From Zygnema circumcarinatum SAG 698-1b (lineage: Eukaryota > Plantae > Zygnematophyceae): 64,000 bases of DNA. The notes under the pieces were generated by a model. That model searched no databases, had not been told where the DNA came from, and saw only the letters and a list, made by a program, of their open reading frames with translations. The DNA is taken from NCBI GenBank assembly GCA_037447605.1, contig CM074810.1, positions 3,630,880-3,694,879 of the forward strand, read 5' to 3'. Below are positions 56,124 through 64,000 of the stretch, piece by piece. Numbering within the stretch: position 1 is the first letter of the stretch; every line of letters begins with the position of its first letter. The translations under genes and the position numbers were made by a program.

Positions 56124-57285
56124 GGCGGGTAAAGGGAGGAGAGGAAACGATGAGATGAGAGAGCAGGAGCTCGAGTGAGAGAGAGAGAGAGAAGGAAGAG
56201 TGAGAAATTGGAGAGAGAGAGAGAGAGAGAGAGCGAAGGGAGAGAGAGCGAGGGAGAGAGAGAAGCAGAGGGAGGCTCTGAGTCCGATGACGAAGTGGAG
56301 GCGGCGGCGAACTAAATACCGGTGTGAGCCGGCGACCGCGGTCTCCGCCGGCAGGCGGTCGCACGTGTGACGGGTTACGGTCATTCGCCACAGGTTAGCC
56401 GGAAATACGGGGTGGTGGACACGTGGTCAGTGCCTATTTGGGCCATTGGGCAGATCAGTCCAAAGCGTGTACACGTGGCGGCACGAGCGCACTTCAGGTT
56501 CCGGCAAATGAGGATGGTTCGTACGGACGGATTTGGAGGACCCCGTTTGACATGTTTCTATCGGAATTCATCCAATGAGGAATCGCCACGTGGCAGCCTG
56601 TGCCACGTCGCGAATCGTCGCTGATGTTAGGCAAATGGAGGCCGCGAGGGCCGTCCAGGGCTCCCACTTGTTGCCGGCGGAAAATCGCCGGGCGCGGCCG
56701 CCGGCGACGGTCAACGCGGATGATTCAGCTTGTCGCGTTGCGGGCTTGTGGCTGTACGGTCAAACTGTCACCACAAGGCGACAAAACTAACCGACATACT
56801 GGCTCCAACGGCCGATACGATATACGATATATTTCAGTTTTTTCGTGCGTTGGTAGTAGCTATTTATTTGGTTTGCATTAAACGTAATAACGAGAACCAG
56901 TCCCGTTTCGCCACCTAGGAAATATGTCCACGTGGGAAGCCTTAAGAGGCCAATGGATTCTTAGACCCTAGCATTTAGTAGATGAATAAACGACAAATCC
57001 CACCGACAGAAGGGCTGAAAGTCAATGCCCGCCTGTTGTCCCATTGGCCAGGCGGTTCCGGTCAAAAATTGAGAGCCAATCAGCGGCCGCCAAACTGCCA
57101 CGTTGGTCACTGCTGTGCCGCAGGACGGTCGGGTCCTGCCGTCCGTCACCGCTATAGAACACGACACGTGGGCGGCGTGAGGTCTAACGATCGTCGTGTA
57201 GCGGTCGTCGTAGGCCTCACGGTCCCCAGGCAGGCGGCGGTGGCCGTCAAACCTACGGGGGACCGCGGGCGTTAGACCTACTACT

Positions 57286-57640
57286 GGGGGCTGTCAGTCC
57301 TAAAAAAACGTCCGGAAACGAAATTTGGACGAACGCTTCGGAGGGGCGCTGGCAGGAAGGGGGAGACGTCATGATGACGCCCATTTCGTCACTCCCGTCC
57401 GCACAGACAGGCCTTTCCGCACCTGTTTTGGCTGCGGACGAATTCATACGGACTATCTGTACGGCCAGTACGTTCTGGGACGCGCCGTCCGTCAAGCTGA
57501 CTGGCCCTTTTCGCACGGTTGACTTGGAACAGGTTCGGTTCAGGTTCGGCAAAGCAGTCAGTATCGATCATCAGTAACTTTTCTTTTCGCAATACTGATC
57601 GCGAACTTTTCGTAACTTTTTGCTAAGTCTGACAACCCCC
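57286..57640. mobile_element. Longer, diverged member of the GGGGGTGTCAGACTTA MITE family
   Basis: Left end GGGGGCTGTCAGTCCTAAAA; right end TTTTCGTAACTTTTTGCTAAGTCTGACAACCCCC, similar to the right end of the 43674 MITE. Confidence 0.6.
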
Positions 57641-58660
57641 TCTCTAGTGCCGGAAAAAGGCGCCGAGGCTTGCATGGAGAAAATGTCGTAATTAGTCGTT
57701 TAGTCATTATTAGTCAGTGGTTGGTCAGCGACTGCCGCTCTGTCCTTGTAGATCCAATCCCAGATCCTGTTGTTGAACTTGCAACCGATGGCTAATTCAT
57801 GCTTCTAGTCCAATTTAATGGCTAGAATCATGGTTAAAATAGCTAAACTTATGGCGAACTTATGGATGGCCAAGGAACATGGTTATTTCCGTCATCCAAA
57901 AAAACCCAAAAACCCAAAAATCCTGAACCCTAAATTTTGCCATACTGACGAAACCAAGCGTATCGTATCGTCTAGGAACGATATCCTCCGATACGTCACA
58001 TGTGCCATTCCGTCGCTGACGGCTGACGCGCTGTAACTGGCACGACCTATGTGGGGCCCCCGTAAACCGGCTTGGGGATACGATATATCGTATCCCGACA
58101 CGATACAGTACGCTCCTTCGTCGAAGGTGCGCACTCGGTTTAACCCTAAATCCTGAACCCTTGGCCCGAAAATGGTGATGGTAAAGAGAGGGCTTAGAAC
58201 CTGCGTGGGCTAAAATCTGCTGCGAGGGTTCAGGGCCGCTGGGAGGGAGGGAGGGAGGGAGGGAGGAAGGGAGGGAGAGGGAGAGAGGGAGAGAGGGAGG
58301 GAGGGAGGGAGGGAGAGGGTCAAGGTGAGAACTGAGAAACCTTCAAATCTCAACCCGAGAGTCTAGTACCTGAACCCTAATTTTTTTTTTTAAATTCCAT
58401 GACTCTGGAACCCTAATTCCTTAAACCCCTATTTTTTTATCTTTAAGCGCTTTAACCTTAAACGCTAACCCTAAACCTCTGGCGGTTTTTTTTTTTGGGG
58501 CGCCATGAAAATCACATTTTATTCCCGTTTTTTTATTTTCTTGCAGTTTATTTTGTTTGGACGAAGCCAGAAACATTGTCGATTGTTTTTTCAAATGTGG
58601 TCCGTAAACTACATTTCTTCATTTTTTCGAAGTTCAAATTAAAATCTAAGATTTTTAACA

Positions 58661-61474
58661 ATGGAGGCTCCAAGTGCCCCCCCGAACGGAAATCCGTCGA
58701 ACGGCGCACATGGAACAGCTCTCCTTCGCCGTTACGTAAACTTCATCAGGTTCATTTCCTTATCTTTTTTTTTTCCCTTTTTAATTTAATTGCTTATATA
58801 TCTTGAAAACTTGAAAACCCTAAAACCCTAAGAACCCTAAGACCCTAAGACCCTAAAACCCTAAAACCATAGAAACCCTAAAACACTAAAAACCCTAAAA
58901 CACTAAAACCCCGAAAACCCTAAAACCTTAGAACCCTGAAAACCCTAAAAAACCCTAAAACCCTATAAACTCGAAAAACCCTAAAACCCTCAAAAACCCT
59001 TTCAATTTCCCACCTACATTTTGGCTAAGTATGAATTTGTTTACTTTTTTATTTTTATTTTGGGGTTTTAGCGCCATTGCTTACGTGGCAGGCCTCGCCG
59101 CTGTCCTCGCTTTGCCCGGACTCGCCCAAAAATTATATGTCGACGAAAACGCGCTTTTGCCGGGTGCGTCTACGTGACACTTTCTCTTTTTTTAAGGCTA
59201 TATATACTTTTGTATGTATATTATATATATATATATATGTTTTCAGCTTTTGAATAGAATTTGATGAGGGATCATGGCCTCCTTCCTTCAACCCCAAGCT
59301 CAGTTTTTTTTTTTTTTTTTTAAAGCAGGAGCCGCTGCCCCGGCATTCGGGCAGCAGGAGGCGCTCGACGTGGAAGGCTTGGCGGCGGAAGTGCAAAAAA
59401 TCGTCGAATCTTCTGAAGACGGGTACAGGTATGTAAATATTTCTCCTCCATCCCTTTCTCTCCCCCTCTTTCTCTCTCTCTCTCGCTCTCTTTCTCTCGT
59501 TTTCCCCCACTCACTCTCACCCTCTCGCTCTCTCTCGCTCTTTCTCGTTCTCCCCGTCTCTCCCTCTCTCTCTCTCACTCTCTCTCTCGCTCTCTCGTTT
59601 CCCCCCTCTCTCACACCCTCTCACCGCTCTCTCTCTCTCTCTCTCTTCCCCACTCTCTCCCTCTCTCTCTCTCACTCTCTCTCTTTTTCCCCCTCTCCCG
59701 CTCTCTCTCTCACTCTCTCCCTCTCTCTCCCTCTCTCTCCCTCTCCCTCCTCCACCCCTCAGCCAGACCCCACCTCCACTTCCCGCAGGGCCGTCCGTGA
59801 TTGGTTGCACGGCCACGTCAGCGCCATGGAGGCCGACTGCTATTTCCATGCGTTCCGTTCCGTTCCATCCCTCCTCGCCACGTCAGCAAATTCCTCTCCA
59901 CAGTTCCTCACATGGATCCGCTCCACATTTCCGTTTTTTCTCAAATTCGAAAATTTCCGAACGCGAGATTCAACGGCGTCAAATTCAAGAAGAATTCAGG
60001 ACGATTCTGAAATTAATTGTTACCCTAAAAATTTGGGAGTGAACGTGGTGGGAATTGTGAGGGCTCCAAAAGGAGTGGGAGACGAAGCGATGGTGATGAT
60101 TACTCCGCTGAAATTATCGGAAAATTTTGACAAAAAAAAATTTCAAATTTCAAATTCCGACGCGTTCACACTGGGAATCGGAATGTCGGTTTTTCGCATC
60201 TTCAGTGCCGCCCAGTGGCTAGCAAGAGACGTCATCTGGCTGGTTGCTGACGCAAGATTTGGTGCTGACGTGGCGGTTTCTCATTGGCTGAGGGACTATC
60301 ACGAGCCTCAAGAGGGAGTTGGGAACAGCGTCGAGTTCGAAAGAATTTCTTTTTGCGGACAAAAAGTACCAAAAGACGCCAAAAAAAAGGCGAGTTTGGA
60401 TGAGCCGTTAGATGAGAGAGATCGACGGTTGTGGGAGTTCCAGCGAGGCGGAATGATCTCGGCAGGAATAGTTTTTGAGGTTGACCGGAATTGGCGGGCA
60501 GGCGGGCTCGAAGGTTTTCAGATTCGGGCAGAGGGTCCAAACGGGCAGCTTCCAAACCTTGATTTAATTGCCCTTATGGAAAAAATGTCGTCCTGGCAGG
60601 AGCGCTTGAATGCAGAACTTGACAAGTGGGCAGGAGTTGAAAATTTTTGGGCAGTTCGAGGGCTCGGATTGGCTATCGATTTCATTTCCGGGCAGGTTCT
60701 TGGAGCGTTAAATCCGCAATGGAAACTGAAAATTTCGGGGCAGGAATTTTGTGCCCAAACGGCTGCGCTTTTGAAATTTATGGCTAACCAGGTGAGGCTT
60801 AATCTTAACTTCTTTGAAACCCTCCTCTCTCTCTCTCTTCCTCTCCTCTCCTTCCTCTCTCTCCCTCTCTTTCTCTCCTCCCCGCTCTCTCTCCCCCTCG
60901 CTCTCTCCTCCCCTCTGTCTCCCTTCCCCTCTCTCTCTCCCTTCCCCTCTCTCTTCTCCCCTCTCTCTTTCTCCCCGCCTCTATCTCCCCCCTCTCTCTC
61001 TCTCCTCCCCTCTCTCGCTCTCCCTCCACCTCTCTCCCCTCCCCTCTCTCTCTCCCCTGCCCTCTCTCTCTCCCCTGCATCTCCCACAACCCCCCCGTCC
61101 CATCTCTCTTCCTCTCTCTTCGCTCCTCTCTCTGCCTCTCTCTCTCTCCTTCCCTCCCTCTCTCAATGCCTATTAGCTTCTCTCAAATTCTTCTTTTAGT
61201 CAAAGTTTTCTCAATAGAAGTTTGCTTCCTCTCATATTGTACCGAAAAGCTGACGTCATGGTGCTACGTGGCAGGCTGTGAGCATTCCAAGTGGTCCCCA
61301 CGGTCCCTTCCGAAACTTTCAGATCGATGCCATTTCTGTGACAGCTGTCGGTACGGGCCCCTGCCCGCCGTCGCGGGCAGAAGAAAATTTCGCGCAATAT
61401 AGGAATGCGCGGCTCTGGTCAGTTTATAAGATTGGAAGGTACGTTGACCTCCGAGCCCCTCCCTTCTCGCTCTT

Positions 61475-61512
<38 letters not shown>

Positions 61513-62891
61513 TTCCTCTCTCTCTTTCGCCTCTCTCTCTCTCTCTTTCTCCTCGCTCTCTCTTTCTCTCTCTCTCGTACTTTCGTCTCTCTCTCTTTCT
61601 TTCTCCCTTCCTATCTCTCTTTCGCCACTCTTGTTCTCTCTTCCTCTCTCTCGTTCGCCTCTCTCTTTCTCTCTTTCTCTCTCTCTCTTTCGCCTCTCTC
61701 TCGCTCTCTTTCTCCACTCTCTCTCCCTTTCTCTCTCTCTCTGTCACCTCTCTCTCTCTCTCTGAACCCCACCCGCCCGCCTCTCTCTCTCTCCGTTTCC
61801 ATGTCAGGACGTTGGAGTCCTCGTTCCGTTGCCTCAACAACCTTCTCGAGAAGTTTCACCACTCTCACTTCTTCTATCTGCTCTCCTCCCCTACTCGATT
61901 TGTCCCCCTCAGCACATACATTGTTCCCTTCCTCCTCCTCCTCCTCCCTCTCCTCCTTCAAGCTGCCTCCCTCTCCTCCTCCCAACATGAGCCCCCCTCT
62001 CCCTCTCCCTCCCCCCCCTCTGCTTCCCCCCCCGACCCTCCCTCCTCTCCTCCTCCTCCTAACACCGGCAAAATCTCAAATTCCCGCTTTACGGAACCGG
62101 AAAATTCGCAAAATTTGACAGATTCGGAAGAATTTTTGACTATAAAAATGTTGAATTCCGATTGGATCAACGCAATTTTCGTGGTCGGAGGAATGCATTT
62201 TTGGGGTTTCCTTGTGGCGTTGGCGCCTCCGTTGGTGGCTACGCTAACTGTTACCATGGAAAGGGTGGTCACATGGAACCCTAAAAAACTTGCGGTTTTT
62301 ATATGGCTCGGATTTTTAGGGTTCAGTTTTTGGGGTGTTCGCATTATCGTCGATCTATTTCTCAAAATGTCGACATTTCGAGTACCGAAAAAATCTGAAA
62401 TTCGAAAGGAAGTTACGGAATGTGGGACTGAAAATTCGAAGAATTTTACGGATTACGGTTTTTACGGACACATGGAAACGGGAGGAGGAGGTGGGGGCGG
62501 ATGGAAATTGGAGAAGGCGGCGATGTTGGGCTCGTTAATAATTTCAATTTCGGCCCTCTCTTGTTTAAATTTTTCCTTATCTCTGATTTCGGAAATTGTT
62601 CTCGTCCCTTTGACATTGCTCCTGAACCCCATTTCTTCAATTTCCGTTTTTTCAATTTTAGGGTTTGGGACGCAGCCCAGAAAAGGAGGGAGGAGAGGGC
62701 TAATTTGGTATGTACTGGTTCCGATTGGTTTAGGAATTGGGAGCTGGGGGGTGCTGTACGGAGGGGAGGGTTTAGGGTTTCTTTGGGAGAGCATAGAAAT
62801 GCACTTCCAGTTAGGCACAGCGTTGTACTTTCATTTGACGGTCATTGTCCTACCGTGGTGTTCTATGTTCTTACGGATTCTGTTTCAGTAA
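58661..62891 (+). CDS. GPAA1: GPI transamidase subunit GPAA1/GAA1, about 843 aa
   Basis: Exons 58661-58749, 59072-59163, 59329-59428, 59789-60791, 61275-61438, 61808-62891, phase-consistent. Motifs: YVDENALLPG, GVNVVGIVRAPKG.G.EA, WLARDVIWL, GPNGQLPNLDLI, PSGPHG.F...QIDAIS, ESSFRCLNNLLEKFHHS.FFYL, followed by multiple TM helices. Confidence 0.95.
58810..59000. repeat. Telomere-like tract of CCCTAAAA (TTTTAGGG-type) variants in GPAA1 intron 1
   Basis: AAAACCCTAAAACCCTAAGAACCCTAAGACCC and variants. Confidence 0.8.
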
Positions 62892-64000
62892 TTGAACATG
62901 GGCCCTGCTACAAAGAACGGGGAACTGGAAGGACATGGAACAGCTCCTCCTGTAAAGTGATGGTGACGTATGTAGATTTGGACGTATGTTGTGGGTGACG
63001 TCACATCATGGTGTCGGTGCTGTTCAACATCGCGCGCTATGTGCTGCGAAATTGGTTTCACGGAACTGTGAACAGCATGGAAGCGTGGCCTTCCGTGAAA
63101 TGGTTGGACCAATTTAGAAAATAATTTTTATTAGGGGAAGGAAAAGTTTATCCCTAAATAAAAATCAGAACGAGTACTCTGGTTAGAACCAAGCTCCCCA
63201 CTCTACAGTTCGAATTCTTAATACGGAATGAAATTTCCAGATTTTCGCCAAAGGCTGGAACCCGAAGAGCGACTGCCGCAATGTCGCTTATCGGATGTCG
63301 CAGAACTATCGCACTATGGAGTTAACGTCGCTCAGCAGTCGCATATTGTCGCACTATGGACTTCCTTACAACCTCCGATCGTTAGGAACTCGTTTCGGTG
63401 TACAAAATCATACGGATACCTAATTTGTGTACGGAAAACCTTAAATCCTTTTTTTCCTTACGGAAAAACCCAGTTTCCGTAAAGGTTTCGTACGAATGTA
63501 CGGCCAGGTGTACATGTTCCGTACGGTCAAAAATACACGTAAGGTCGTTGCGGGCGAACTTGACCGACTGAAAAATATCTGCGGCGGTTCTCGCCTCCCA
63601 TTGGGCCAGGTGGCGGCTACCCCCCGCCAATATTTGCGGGGCACGTGGCGGCTCCGCAGCAGCCAACCCCGTCACTTGCAGGCACGTGTCAACATCTCTC
63701 TCTCTCTCTCTCTTTCTTTTTCTCTCGCTCTCTCTCTCTCCCACTCTCTCTCTCTCTCCCTCCGTATTGCCGTCACTCTCCTCTCTACCACATTCCTCCC
63801 ACTCCTCTCCCTCCCCTCCTCTCTCTCCCCACTCCCCCTCCCCCCCCCCTCCCTACCTCCACAGCTATGGCTTCCCTCTCCACTACCTCCCTCCTCCTCC
63901 ACCCCGCCAAATCCCTAACCCCCTCCCTCTCCTCCTCCTCCCCTCTCCCCTTCCCCCTCCCCCTCCCCCTCTCCCGCCGCAGCCTCTCCCTCTCCCTCTC

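Overview
Eukaryotic nuclear DNA of a green plant, most likely a streptophyte alga. This is inferred from plant-type TPLATE, CK2-beta with N-terminal extension, a GT106 O-fucosyltransferase-family gene, an At3g26950-like gene and TTTAGGG-type repeats. The assembly is a fragmented draft with about 16 ten-N gaps, one 100-N gap and three near-identical blocks duplicated across gaps. Manual splicing supports ten protein-coding genes: TPLATE (-), HROB-like OB-fold (+), CK2-beta (-), RPL6 (+), GT106/O-FucT (-), At3g26950-like (-), an intronless DUF4422-like putative glycosyltransferase (-), NADP-malic enzyme (+, truncated by a gap), a secreted triple PAN/Apple protein (-) and GPAA1 (+). Two U24 box C/D snoRNAs and a candidate H/ACA snoRNA lie behind RPL6. 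Introns and intergenic DNA are filled with homopurine/homopyrimidine tracts and several variant telomere-like arrays, and a nest of non-autonomous DNA transposons sits at 43.7-46.5 kb. The most interesting region is 27-46 kb. It holds three consecutive co-oriented type II membrane glycosyltransferase-like genes, one of them intronless and bacterial-like, plus a 780-bp tandem repeat carrying pseudogenised fragments of that gene. Most long ORFs in the supplied track are low-complexity artefacts. All homology calls are from recalled motifs; no search was run.
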